From NCBI GenBank assembly GCA_018818205.1, contig JAHISJ010000023.1, positions 173,428-237,427 of the forward strand: a stretch of DNA of 64,000 nucleotides, in the 5' to 3' direction. How positions within the stretch are numbered: the stretch's first letter is position 1; every line of letters begins with the position of its first letter. This DNA comes from Patescibacteria group bacterium. Its GTDB lineage: Bacteria > Patescibacteriota > JABMPQ01 > JAHIRA01. Shown here piece after piece: positions 48,233 through 58,700 of the stretch. Below the pieces are notes generated by a model, which ran no database searches, had not been told where the DNA came from, and was given only the letters and a program-made list of their open reading frames with translations. A program made the translations under genes and the position numbers.

Positions 48233-48700
48233 ATGAACGTAGAAATTGGAATCGAAGAATCAGACAGAGTCATTATTGTTGAAGGTCTTGCCAAATTGCA
48301 AGGCGACACCTACCTACTTAGCATGAAAGCTCAAAATTATCATTGGAATGTAAAAGGACCTCTTTTTAGTTCGCTCACACACCTTTTCATGGAACATCAC
48401 AATGAACTTACTGAAGGAATTGAGAATATCGCCCTAAGGGTTAGAATGCTTGGGCATGTTGCTCCAGGAACGCTCACTGAGTACAAAAGATTAAGCTCAC
48501 TTGCTGAAGGTGATTCTGCTCAAGACGCTGAATCAATGATTAAAGAGCTCATAGAAAACCATGAATCAATTTTGCAAGATGTGCGCCCATTTATAAAATT
48601 GGTTGAAAAAACTAACGATTATGCTACCGTAGACCTGCTCGTTAGGCACCTGACTGTGCACGCAGAAATGGCATGGGAGCTAAGAAGCATCATTGAATAG
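48233..48700 (+). CDS. dps: Dps-family DNA-binding ferritin-like protein
   Basis: NYHWNVKGPLFSSLHLFMEHHNELTEGIENIALRVRMLG contains the Dps ferroxidase-site residues (HW, H...E). 155 aa. Confidence 0.8.
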   Translation: MNVEIGIEESDRVIIVEGLAKLQGDTYLLSMKAQNYHWNVKGPLFSSLTHLFMEHHNELTEGIENIALRVRMLGHVAPGTLTEYKRLSSLAEGDSAQDAESMIKELIENHESILQDVRPFIKLVEKTNDYATVDLLVRHLTVHAEMAWELRSIIE

Positions 48701-49547
48701 CATGAGTATCCAAGAGAGAATCCAAAATATAGTAACTGGCTACGTAACCCAGTTTTTTGAGATTCTCCCACAAATTATTGTGGGAATCATTATTTTGGTC
48801 ATTTTTATTCTTCTTGCAAGAGGTCTTGCTAGATTTGTTCAAAAAAAAATTGTATGCCGCATTAAAGATAAACTTCTCTCTAACCTTCTTATTAAAATCG
48901 CGCAATGGACAATAATAGTCATTGGCATTGCATTTGCTCTTCAGGTAGTTGGACTTGGAAGAATTGCAACGAGCATTCTTGCAGGCGCGGGAGTCTCCGC
49001 GTTTATCATCGGCTTTGCTTTTAAAGATATTGCAGAAAATTTCTTGTCCGGCATAATACTTGCATACAATAGACCATTCACTATTGGCGACACAGTGAAG
49101 TCTGAAAATAGTATTGGTACAGTGATATCGATTGATCTTAGGAACACGCAGTTAAAAACCTTTGACGGTAAAGATGTCTTCATACCTAATGCAACAATTC
49201 TAAAAAACCCACTGTACAATCATACACGAGATGGATTTCTACGCTATGATTTTAGTATCGGTATTGATTATCAGGAAGATATCCAAAACGTGTCAGATAT
49301 CATTATTGGTACTCTCAAAAATGTAATTGGTATTGTGGCGGATAAAAAACCATCGGTACTTGTTGAAGAATTTGGTGAATCTACAGTAAAATTAAAGGTT
49401 CAATTTTGGGCTGATCCTGATAATAAGGATCTATCTGCACTTAAAATAAAAAACAACGCAGCTATTATGGTTAAAAAAACGCTTTCTGAAAAGGGAATAA
49501 AGCTTCCAAACCATATTACTGAAGTTGAGATTTTGAATCAAAAATAA
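48693..49547 (+). CDS. Small-conductance mechanosensitive channel (MscS family)
   Basis: Three N-terminal TM helices, then the MscS beta-domain FTIGDTVKSENSIGTVISIDLRNTQLKTFDGKDVFIPNATIL. Confidence 0.8.
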   Translation: MNSMSIQERIQNIVTGYVTQFFEILPQIIVGIIILVIFILLARGLARFVQKKIVCRIKDKLLSNLLIKIAQWTIIVIGIAFALQVVGLGRIATSILAGAGVSAFIIGFAFKDIAENFLSGIILAYNRPFTIGDTVKSENSIGTVISIDLRNTQLKTFDGKDVFIPNATILKNPLYNHTRDGFLRYDFSIGIDYQEDIQNVSDIIIGTLKNVIGIVADKKPSVLVEEFGESTVKLKVQFWADPDNKDLSALKIKNNAAIMVKKTLSEKGIKLPNHITEVEILNQK

Positions 49548-49555
49548 AAAAAATC

Positions 49556-49580
49556 AGCATAGCTCAATGTGAACTATGCT
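49556..49580. terminator. Hairpin terminator, functional mainly for the minus-strand gene
   Basis: agcatag-ctcaatgtgaa-ctatgct with an A-run on the + side, which is a T-run for the minus strand. Confidence 0.4.
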
Positions 49581-49587
49581 TTGTGCA

Positions 49588-50046
49588 TCAATTTATAGCT
49601 AAGAAAAGTGTACAGCCATCAATAAAACTTTCATTGCACGGTACACATGTGACGGTATGCTCGTCTCCAAAAGTGGCCTCATACAAATCATTATTCGTGT
49701 TACTTTCAAGGGCCTTGATCTGAATGCTGTTGAGTGTTTTGCAAACCACCCTCCATACATGAGCACAAAATGCTCTGTGCTGAGCATTACAACTTTCTAA
49801 CGTATAGCTAGAAGAACCTCTTTGACACTTAATGGTCATTTCTCTTTTGCTCGTACGTGATGTAATTCTCAGAAAATGTACTACTATTGAAGTAGACTGA
49901 AAAAAAGCAAAGACATGAAACTTGAACCGTGTGACACAAAGATGTCCCTTTAGCTCCTCTGTAACACATACGTAAAATTCTGCTACACACTGTTGGGACT
50001 TTTTGTAGTAACTCGCCCAGGTGGGCTCTATCATCATTACTTGCAT
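49588..50046 (-). CDS. Hypothetical cysteine-rich protein (152 aa)
   Basis: The only sizeable ORF in the 670-bp gap between mscS and the PfkB gene. It has 12 Cys including CVPCNESFIDGC. A terminator hairpin follows it on the minus strand. An overlapping 93-aa ORF (49829..50110) in another frame makes the exact gene model uncertain. Confidence 0.3.
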   Translation of the reverse strand: MQVMMIEPTWASYYKKSQQCVAEFYVCVTEELKGHLCVTRFKFHVFAFFQSTSIVVHFLRITSRTSKREMTIKCQRGSSSYTLESCNAQHRAFCAHVWRVVCKTLNSIQIKALESNTNNDLYEATFGDEHTVTCVPCNESFIDGCTLFLAIN

Positions 50047-50219
50047 TTTTCCTCCAGAAATACCGACAAATGTTCTTGCAATTAGCGTACAAGAATATTC
50101 TCATACACACAAGCCAAGAAAGATGTTATAGTAAAGTATGTATTGTTACATAGAAGAAAAACTAATCTTGCTCTCTTTGAAGAATTTTTTGATTATATAG
50201 AATTTATCCCTAAAAACCA

Positions 50220-51173
50220 ATGAAAAAGAAAATATTAGTGACAGGCTCGCTTGCGCATGATTACATTATGAATTTTCCAGACTCGTTCAAAAATCATATC
50301 ATGCCAGAGAAAATCCACATATTAAGCGTCAGCTTTGTTGCAGATACGTTAAACAAGCAACAGGGAGGAACAGCAGGAAACATTGCATATACACTCAAGC
50401 TTCTTGGAGAAGAGCCACTAATTTTTTCGACGGTAGGAAACGATTTTGATCAGTACGAATCGTGGCTTAAAAAAAAGAAGATAGACACAACACACATTAA
50501 ACACTACGAGAAGGAACTCACTGCTTCATGCCATATTGTAACCGACAAAGATGATAATCAAATCAGTGCGTTCCATGGTGGTGCCATGTTCAAAAATGAC
50601 ATCTCGTTAAAGCCAATATTAGACACAGAGGATATTGGTATGGCGATAGTATCACCAAACGGGAAAGACGGTATGCTCAGATATGTGTATGAACTTTCTG
50701 AAACAACTATACCCTTTATATTTGACCCCGGACAAAATATTCCACTTTTTTCTAAAGATGAGCTTAAAGAGTGCATTGCACGCTCAACTATGCTTATTGT
50801 TAACGACTATGAATTGGCGCTCATAGAGAAGGGTTCCGGTTATACACTTGAAACACTTAAAAATATGCTGGAATATGTAATAGTGACTCTAGGTAAAAAA
50901 GGGTCGATTATTCATGACAAAAACAACTCTATTCGAATACCTCCTGCAAAACCGGAAAATACAAGCGATCCTACTGGAGCTGGAGATGCATTTAGAGCAG
51001 GACTCATTAAAGGACTCATAAACAACACAGGGCTTGAAACTGCCGGAAAAATAGGCTCGGTTTCGTCAGTATATACTGTAGAGAAGTATGGAACGCAGAC
51101 ACATGCGTTTACTATGAAGGAATTTAATAAGCGATTCAAAGATAATTTTGGAAAGCAGCTTAAGATATCATAA
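50220..51173 (+). CDS. PfkB-family carbohydrate/nucleoside kinase (adenosine-kinase-like)
   Basis: PfkB signature 2 DPTGAGDAFRAGLIKGL and an N-terminal GG motif (QQGGTAGNIAYTL). 317 aa. Confidence 0.8.
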   Translation: MKKKILVTGSLAHDYIMNFPDSFKNHIMPEKIHILSVSFVADTLNKQQGGTAGNIAYTLKLLGEEPLIFSTVGNDFDQYESWLKKKKIDTTHIKHYEKELTASCHIVTDKDDNQISAFHGGAMFKNDISLKPILDTEDIGMAIVSPNGKDGMLRYVYELSETTIPFIFDPGQNIPLFSKDELKECIARSTMLIVNDYELALIEKGSGYTLETLKNMLEYVIVTLGKKGSIIHDKNNSIRIPPAKPENTSDPTGAGDAFRAGLIKGLINNTGLETAGKIGSVSSVYTVEKYGTQTHAFTMKEFNKRFKDNFGKQLKIS

Positions 51174-51181
51174 ATCAATAA

Positions 51182-52447
<1,266 letters not shown>

Positions 52448-52534
52448 AAAACAAATAATCACAGTGTACTCATATTGGGTAATTTGATACGATATACCTA
52501 AGCGGAGATATTTTACAAAGATAAGAAGAAAACA

Positions 52535-52843
52535 ATGTCTCCAAATGATAAGAAGGAAATATACGGGATAATACTTGAGGCTTTTGATGTGGTCTTAATC
52601 CCGGCAATGGATACCATGATTGATGAAAAGCTCGACGAAAAACTAGATGAGAAGCTTGATGAAAAACTCAAAGACTATCCTACACGCAAAGAAAATATTG
52701 AGCTAATAGAACCCATAATGACTGAGCTTAAAGCTATTCGTCAAGAAAACGCCATGTTTCTTGCATGGGCAAAAAGACATGAAGACAAAATTGAAAACCA
52801 TGAGCATAGAATCAGCAACGTAGAAACAGTTCTCGAAGTATAA
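52535..52843 (+). CDS. Small hypothetical protein with (LDEK)x4 tandem repeat
   Basis: 102 aa. MIDEKLDEKLDEKLDEKLKDY is encoded by four 12-nt tandem repeats (gaaaagctcgac-like). The C-terminal half is predicted helical. Confidence 0.4.
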   Translation: MSPNDKKEIYGIILEAFDVVLIPAMDTMIDEKLDEKLDEKLDEKLKDYPTRKENIELIEPIMTELKAIRQENAMFLAWAKRHEDKIENHEHRISNVETVLEV

Positions 52844-52860
52844 TAAAACACTGTACTATA

Positions 52861-52888
52861 AAAAGAGCTTCCTGAAGCTCTTTTTAAA
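52861..52888. terminator. Bidirectional Rho-independent terminator
   Basis: aaaaagagcttc-ct-gaagctcttttt: a perfect 9-bp stem flanked by A- and T-runs, between convergent genes. Confidence 0.6.
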
Positions 52889-52899
52889 TTTGAAATGTA

Positions 52900-53715
52900 T
52901 TATTTTTGAAGTCTCTCCTCAAGCACCCACTCATCAAAACCTCCAACGAGCGTTTTAACTTGCGTGTAACGATCTGTAATGAGCTCCTGAGCCGCAATAT
53001 CGGCTTTTGTACTATCAGCATCATACAATACAATAAAACGATTGTGCGGGATGCTATCACGATTATTTGCAAACTCAAAAAAAGGAATATTTTCTGCACC
53101 TGGAATATGTTTCTTTGCATACTCCTCAGCGTCTCTTAAATCGAAAATAACAATATCTTCATTATCCTTAATCTTCTGTTCAAGCGTATCACCACTAATC
53201 TTGGGGACGTTAATCTCATCTTGCGTTACCGTTGGATAGCCCAATTTCTCCCATCCAATCCACCCATCTGTATGATCTCTTACATCAGGATATCCTTCAG
53301 ACATAAGTAAGCGAGAAATTTTACTCGAAAGATTACATCCAGACTCGTCACCAGAGCTTGAAACAATAACAATTTGATCCATGGGAAGTTCTGCAATGTT
53401 AGCAACTATTTCATCGTGAGGAAATGATTGAGAACCCGGAATATGTTTTTTATGATAATTCTCCCTACTTTCAGGGTTCAAAATAACAAACTCTTTATCG
53501 CTTTCTATAAGATCTCTGAGTGCATGAGAAGAAATTTCAGGTGCATCATCCGCCTGGGCCTCCTCATCAAAATCTTCAAATACTTTGTCGGAGAGTTCTT
53601 CGTCAGTTTTTTTATCACCATTAAATCCACGTATAAACAAAAACAAAGATACCGCAACAGCGACTATCAGAAAAATTGCTAGAATAATATCCTTTTTTGA
53701 CGGTTTTTTACTCAT
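52900..53715 (-). CDS. Membrane-anchored tandem rhodanese-domain sulfurtransferase-like protein
   Basis: N-terminal TM helix. Two rhodanese modules, each with a KKHIPG(S/A) block. The candidate active-site loop is SSSGDESGCNLSS. Confidence 0.65.
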   Translation of the reverse strand: MSKKPSKKDIILAIFLIVAVAVSLFLFIRGFNGDKKTDEELSDKVFEDFDEEAQADDAPEISSHALRDLIESDKEFVILNPESRENYHKKHIPGSQSFPHDEIVANIAELPMDQIVIVSSSGDESGCNLSSKISRLLMSEGYPDVRDHTDGWIGWEKLGYPTVTQDEINVPKISGDTLEQKIKDNEDIVIFDLRDAEEYAKKHIPGAENIPFFEFANNRDSIPHNRFIVLYDADSTKADIAAQELITDRYTQVKTLVGGFDEWVLEERLQK

Positions 53716-54665
53716 GAAAGTAACGACTTATACCCTAAAACAAATTCATTATTTGAAAGTTCCCTTTTTCCTTCAATTTGGAGTGCTTTTGGAACAATGT
53801 ATCCCGTAGAGCACAGTATAGCACACTCACCTGAGTTCGTAATAAAAAATGTTCCCTGAGAATGTGCATACTTCTTTGAACTATATCCTTTTGGAAGTGT
53901 GATTTTAATCCGTTTCTTTCCTAAAAATGTGTATAACCCCGGCCAAGGATAAAAAGCACGCCCTTGATTTTCTATGTGAGTAGCGCTTTTTGAGAAATCA
54001 ATCACGCCATCGGCTCGATTGATGAGCTTAGAATAGGTAGCGAGAGAATCATTCTGCTTCTTGGGCCTTACATTTTGGTTTAAGATATCCGGGAGCTTAT
54101 TTACAAGAAGTTTTGAACCCTCTTTTGCAATTTTATCATGTAGTGTCTTGGCATTATCGTTTGTTGAAATAATCAGTTTTTTTTGAAATAAAATAGCACC
54201 AGTATCCATACCGGAATCGAGCTGCATTATTGTAATACCTGTTTTTTTATCACCATTTTGAAGCGCCCACTGAATAGGGGAGGGGCCACGATATTTTGGT
54301 AAAAGTGAAGGATGAATATTAATAAAACCATATGTTGGAACAGAAAGAATATTTGCGGGAATTATTTTTCCATACGCAACAACTACCACAATATCAGGCT
54401 TAAACTCATTAAGTTTTTGAGAAAATTTTGTGTTCTTTTTTAGGCTTTTTGGCTCTAACACAGGAATATTGTTTTTCAAAGCGGTTTCTTTTACCGGTGA
54501 AGAAATCATTTTTTGCTTTCGCCCCATTTTTTTATCAGGCTGCGTTACTACAGCAGCTACAGTGAATCTCTCTTTAATTAAGGTAGATAAAAAAGGAACA
54601 GCAAATTCAGGTGTTCCAAAAAACACTATTCGTTTACTGCTTAGATTTTTTGTATTACTTGTCAC
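53712..54665 (-). CDS. fmt: Methionyl-tRNA formyltransferase
   Basis: N-terminus RIVFFGTPEFAVPFL, formyltransferase core (HPSLLPKYRGPSPIQWAL), and a C-terminal domain. It overlaps def in the conserved def-fmt order. Confidence 0.85.
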   Translation of the reverse strand: MTSNTKNLSSKRIVFFGTPEFAVPFLSTLIKERFTVAAVVTQPDKKMGRKQKMISSPVKETALKNNIPVLEPKSLKKNTKFSQKLNEFKPDIVVVVAYGKIIPANILSVPTYGFINIHPSLLPKYRGPSPIQWALQNGDKKTGITIMQLDSGMDTGAILFQKKLIISTNDNAKTLHDKIAKEGSKLLVNKLPDILNQNVRPKKQNDSLATYSKLINRADGVIDFSKSATHIENQGRAFYPWPGLYTFLGKKRIKITLPKGYSSKKYAHSQGTFFITNSGECAILCSTGYIVPKALQIEGKRELSNNEFVLGYKSLLS

Positions 54666-55095
54666 AAATTAACACTCCATTTAGATGATCTATCTCATGC
54701 TGCATAATACGTGAATGAAGTCCTTTTGCTTTATCTTTTATTTTATTTCCTTCAAGATCAATGTATTTAATCCTAATCTTTTTGCTTCTCTCAACTAAAT
54801 ACTCATCACCGGGAAGTGAGAGACAGCCCTCAGTATCTACATGTTTTTCTTTAGAAAAAAAAGTGATTTCTGGATTTATCATAATAATGGGTTCACCACC
54901 AAAATCCACCACAACCATACGAACTGGTTTATCTACCTGAGGAGCAGCGAGGCCTGCACCTTTTTCTTCACGCATTGTTTCTATCATTTCTTCTGAAAAC
55001 TTTTGCAGATCAAAAGAAAGGTTCTCAAGGTCAATTTCTTCTGTCCTTGTCCGTAGAATCTTATTTCCCTCGCCAGTTTGTAGAGGAGTAGACAT
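54655..55095 (-). CDS. def: Peptide deformylase
   Basis: Motif 1 GAGLAAPQV, motif 2 EGCLSLPG, motif 3 HEIDHLNG. Confidence 0.85.
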   Translation of the reverse strand: MSTPLQTGEGNKILRTRTEEIDLENLSFDLQKFSEEMIETMREEKGAGLAAPQVDKPVRMVVVDFGGEPIIMINPEITFFSKEKHVDTEGCLSLPGDEYLVERSKKIRIKYIDLEGNKIKDKAKGLHSRIMQHEIDHLNGVLICDK

Positions 55096-55217
55096 AGTAT
55101 TTATACGATAGCCTTCGTTACTATTTTAGCTTATTTCATGGAAAAAGTCAAGTAAATCTACGCTCACACAATAAGGAAAATATGTTATACTAAAGAAGAT
55201 TTATAACAAAAATACAT

Positions 55218-56621
55218 ATGAAAAAAATATCCATACTGCTTTTCCTTTTTTTCGCATCATTCTTTTTACTAACAAGTAACGCTCTTGCAGAACAATCTCA
55301 CGATCCACTCGTAAAAGTATTTAACGCAAATTCACACCGAGAAGACACCCACTTCAAAGCATATACTGAAAGCTTTAAAGGCGGGGTTAACGTTGCTATA
55401 GGAGACGTTAATGGTAACGGCAAAAACGAAATTATAACCGGAGCAGGACCAACAGGCTCACCAGAAGTACGAATATACGATTCTTCCGGCAATTTTACCG
55501 GAAAAAGCTTTATTGCGTTTCACCCGGATTTTAGAGGTGGCGTAAAGGTTGCAGCTGGAGATACCGACAATGACGGGCGAGATGAGATCATAGTCTCGCA
55601 AGAATCAAAAGGAGAGCCGTGGGTTAAAGTGTATGATTGTGACAAGCAATGCAGTGTTAAAAGTACCTTTCTTGCTTTTGGCAGGAACTTCAAAGGAGGA
55701 GTATCAGTAGCAGCAGGCGACACAGATGCAAATGGAAAGGCGGAAATCATCGTCGGTGCCGGCATGGGCGGTGGCCCACAAGTAAGACTGCTTGATGAAT
55801 TTGGTAATTTTGTTGGGTTTAGCACCTTTGCTTTTTCTGAACAGTTTAGAGGAGGCGTTAATGTTGCGTCAGGAGATTTAACCGGAGATGGCAAGGAAGA
55901 CATTATTGTTTCACAAGGGAATATGGGACAAGCATGGATTAAAGCCTACGACGGTACAGACAAGCGCGTGATAGGTAACTTTATGGCCTTTATTCCTCAG
56001 CATAAAGGCGGTGCATATGTTGCCAGTTCAGATATAGATAATGATGGCAAAGAAGAAATTATTGCAAGTGTGGGGGACCAGGGTGGACCACAAATCATGG
56101 TTTATAGACATGATGGGCACATAGAAGATTACGGATTTTTTGCTTACGACAAAAGTTTTAGAGGAGGCGTTACTGTTGCGGCAGGTGGGCTCGACAATAC
56201 TCAAAAAATTGTCACCGGGCCAGGGCACTCAGTGGTTGAGGGAAGAACGGATCTTCATAAATATATTGAAATTAATCTTTCCACCGCACATATCTACGCA
56301 TATGAAGATGGAATTAAAGTTGTAGAAAGCCTTATTTCTGCTGGAAGACCAGGCATGCGCACGCCAACAGGTACATTTAGAGTAAGAAGAAAAGAGGTTA
56401 ACCACTGGTCAGGTTCGTATGGCTTATGGATGCCATACAGTCTAAACTTTACTGGGTCATACTATATTCACAAGCTTCCAGTGTGGCCATCGGGTTATGT
56501 AGAGGGGGAAAGTCACCTTGGTTTGAATGTTTCACATGGCTGTGTACGCGTTTCCAATGAAGCGGCACCAAAATTGTTTGAGTTTGCTGATATCGGGACA
56601 CCGATTTTTATTCATTACTAA
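55218..56621 (+). CDS. Secreted FG-GAP-repeat protein with C-terminal L,D-transpeptidase (YkuD) domain
   Basis: Signal peptide MKKISILLFLFFASFFLLTSNALA. Six or more repeats of FRGGVNVAxGDxxGDGKxEIIxG (FG-GAP/VCBS-like). C-terminal LDT catalytic motif SHGCVRVSN with upstream HK. Confidence 0.75.
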   Translation: MKKISILLFLFFASFFLLTSNALAEQSHDPLVKVFNANSHREDTHFKAYTESFKGGVNVAIGDVNGNGKNEIITGAGPTGSPEVRIYDSSGNFTGKSFIAFHPDFRGGVKVAAGDTDNDGRDEIIVSQESKGEPWVKVYDCDKQCSVKSTFLAFGRNFKGGVSVAAGDTDANGKAEIIVGAGMGGGPQVRLLDEFGNFVGFSTFAFSEQFRGGVNVASGDLTGDGKEDIIVSQGNMGQAWIKAYDGTDKRVIGNFMAFIPQHKGGAYVASSDIDNDGKEEIIASVGDQGGPQIMVYRHDGHIEDYGFFAYDKSFRGGVTVAAGGLDNTQKIVTGPGHSVVEGRTDLHKYIEINLSTAHIYAYEDGIKVVESLISAGRPGMRTPTGTFRVRRKEVNHWSGSYGLWMPYSLNFTGSYYIHKLPVWPSGYVEGESHLGLNVSHGCVRVSNEAAPKLFEFADIGTPIFIHY

Positions 56622-56650
56622 AAAAGCTCTCCTATACAAAGTATTAGGAT

Positions 56651-56686
56651 TCGAGTCCCGCCTCGTTTCCTTTTTTGTTTTCTAAA
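56651..56686. terminator. Weak putative terminator between convergent genes
   Basis: cgag-tcccgc-ctcg hairpin followed by a tttccttttttgtttt T-rich run. Confidence 0.3.
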
Positions 56687-56688
56687 AT

Positions 56689-58698
56689 TTAAAGTAAGTT
56701 CACCGGATCAACATCAATCTTCCAGTTTTGATCAAGCGTATTTGAAAGTACCTCTTTTATTTTATTTTGAGAGGATTTTGAAAATTTAAGAATAATGTGC
56801 ACTCTATTTTTCCCTCTGACTTTTGGTATAAATGCTGGCGCTGGACCTAGAATATCACATTTGAGTGATTCTTTAGCAAAGCTCTTCTCTAACAAATCAA
56901 TCAACTGAGTTCCTTTGTGCAGAGCTGTCTCTTGTGAAACATGTTCAAAAATAAGTTTAATAAGCTTAGAAAATGGGGGATAGCCAAGATCTTTTCTCTC
57001 TTTAATCTCTGTTTTATAAAATGACTGAAAGTTATGATGTGCAACACTGCCAAATACAGTATTCTCGGGATAATACGTTTGAAGAACTACGGTTCCTCTT
57101 GAGTCTTTCCTTCCAGTCCTCCCAGCAACCTGGGTAAGCAACTGAAACGTTTGCTCTGTTGCTCTGAAGTCAGGGAAATTAAGTCCAATGTCAGCAGAGA
57201 CAACACCAACAAGATCAACTTTGGGGATATCCCACCCTTTTGTTATCATCTGCGTTCCAATCAAGAAGTCAATTCTATGATTACAAAAATCATCATAGAT
57301 TTTTTTATGCGCATGCTTTACTGCTGTTGTGTCTTTGTCCATTCTCCCAATACGCGCTTTTGGAAATAAGGTTTTAAGCTCACGTTCCACTTTTTCAGTG
57401 CCGCCACCAACATACTTTATTGCAGTGCTATTGCACTCAGGGCACGCTGTAGGTGCAGCCTCCCTCTTACCACAATGATGACATACCAGCCCCTTAAAAT
57501 CAGAGTACAAATGATACGTAAACGGAATATCACAGGAGCCACAGGTCGCAACATAACCACACTCTCTACAGCTGACAAACGTTGCCGTACCACGTCTATT
57601 AATAAAGAGTAGGGCTTGTCTCTTATTTGTAAGAATCGCAGAAAGTTTTTCCTGTAATACCTCAGAGAATACAGAAAAGTTCTTCTTTTTAAACTCTTCC
57701 TTCATATTCACTAACAAAACTTCCGGCATTTCTTTTTGATGTATCCGCTCAGAAAGTTCAAGGAGCGTATATTCTTTCTTTTCTGCTTTATTGTATGTTT
57801 CAACGTTAGGCGTGGCACTTCCAAGTACAAGAGGAGCATTAAATAGGTCAGACATTTTCTCAGCAACGGTGATTGCATTGTACCGAGGATTTTGATCATA
57901 CTGCTTAAAACTGACATCGTGTTCCTCATCAATAATAATCAGTCTAATATTTTCTGCGGGAGCAAACAGTGCAGACCGAGGACCAATAACTATCTGTGCA
58001 TCACCATTTTTTATCCGATCCCATTCAAAATATCTTTCACCAGCAGTCAGGCGGCTATGCAAAACCGCGATGGCGTCTTTAGAAAATCTCTTTTGAAATC
58101 GCTCAATGTTTTGTGGAACTAATGAAATCTCAGGTACCAGCAAAAGCACTTGTCCATTGTCTCCAAGCGCTTCCTTGATTGCTCGCATGTATACCTCCGT
58201 TTTTCCTGAGGCAGTTGGGCCGAGTAAGAGAAACCGATCATTCTTATGTGACTGAGTAGCATGGATAATTTTATCCGCGGCCTTTTTTTGATCACCTGTT
58301 AACTTGTGTGCTTCCTCGCGCACTTCAGCATCTAGACTTTTTTCATTCGAACGTTTTTTGACCTTTCTAGGTAGCATGAGCTTTAAAACCAAACCCAGAT
58401 TTGTCAGGTAGTAATTACTCACAAACTCAGCAAGTGAAAACTGTTTTTTAGAAATACGCGGCGCATCCGATACTACACCTAGAATGCCTTTAATTCTTTT
58501 AAATGAGGGATTTTTAACCTCTCTATACACAATGCCGGTACATTGTATCCTTCCAAACACTATTACTACTTCTTGACCAAACAGCAATTTTTCTTGCGAA
58601 GAATACGTAAAACCATAGACTATTCTTTTTTCAGCTAAAGATGTCCCTCGCTTTAGAGGGACATTGGTAAGAGGAATAATGTCAAAGTAATACGTCAT
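56689..58698 (-). CDS. priA: Primosomal protein N' (replication restart helicase PriA)
   Basis: Walker A LLLGPTASGKTEVY, DEEHD box, Cys4 zinc-binding insert (CRECGYVATCGSCD...CHHCG...CPECNS), and C-terminal helicase motifs. 669 aa. Confidence 0.9.
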   Translation of the reverse strand: MTYYFDIIPLTNVPLKRGTSLAEKRIVYGFTYSSQEKLLFGQEVVIVFGRIQCTGIVYREVKNPSFKRIKGILGVVSDAPRISKKQFSLAEFVSNYYLTNLGLVLKLMLPRKVKKRSNEKSLDAEVREEAHKLTGDQKKAADKIIHATQSHKNDRFLLLGPTASGKTEVYMRAIKEALGDNGQVLLLVPEISLVPQNIERFQKRFSKDAIAVLHSRLTAGERYFEWDRIKNGDAQIVIGPRSALFAPAENIRLIIIDEEHDVSFKQYDQNPRYNAITVAEKMSDLFNAPLVLGSATPNVETYNKAEKKEYTLLELSERIHQKEMPEVLLVNMKEEFKKKNFSVFSEVLQEKLSAILTNKRQALLFINRRGTATFVSCRECGYVATCGSCDIPFTYHLYSDFKGLVCHHCGKREAAPTACPECNSTAIKYVGGGTEKVERELKTLFPKARIGRMDKDTTAVKHAHKKIYDDFCNHRIDFLIGTQMITKGWDIPKVDLVGVVSADIGLNFPDFRATEQTFQLLTQVAGRTGRKDSRGTVVLQTYYPENTVFGSVAHHNFQSFYKTEIKERKDLGYPPFSKLIKLIFEHVSQETALHKGTQLIDLLEKSFAKESLKCDILGPAPAFIPKVRGKNRVHIILKFSKSSQNKIKEVLSNTLDQNWKIDVDPVNLL

Positions 58699-58700
58699 GG

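Noticed and set aside
56630-56660. ggattcgagtcccgcctcg resembling a tRNA T-arm/3' end downstream of the L,D-transpeptidase gene
   Set aside because: No complementary acceptor or anticodon arms can be built around it. It is more simply a short terminator hairpin (cgag-tcccgc-ctcg) followed by a T-run.
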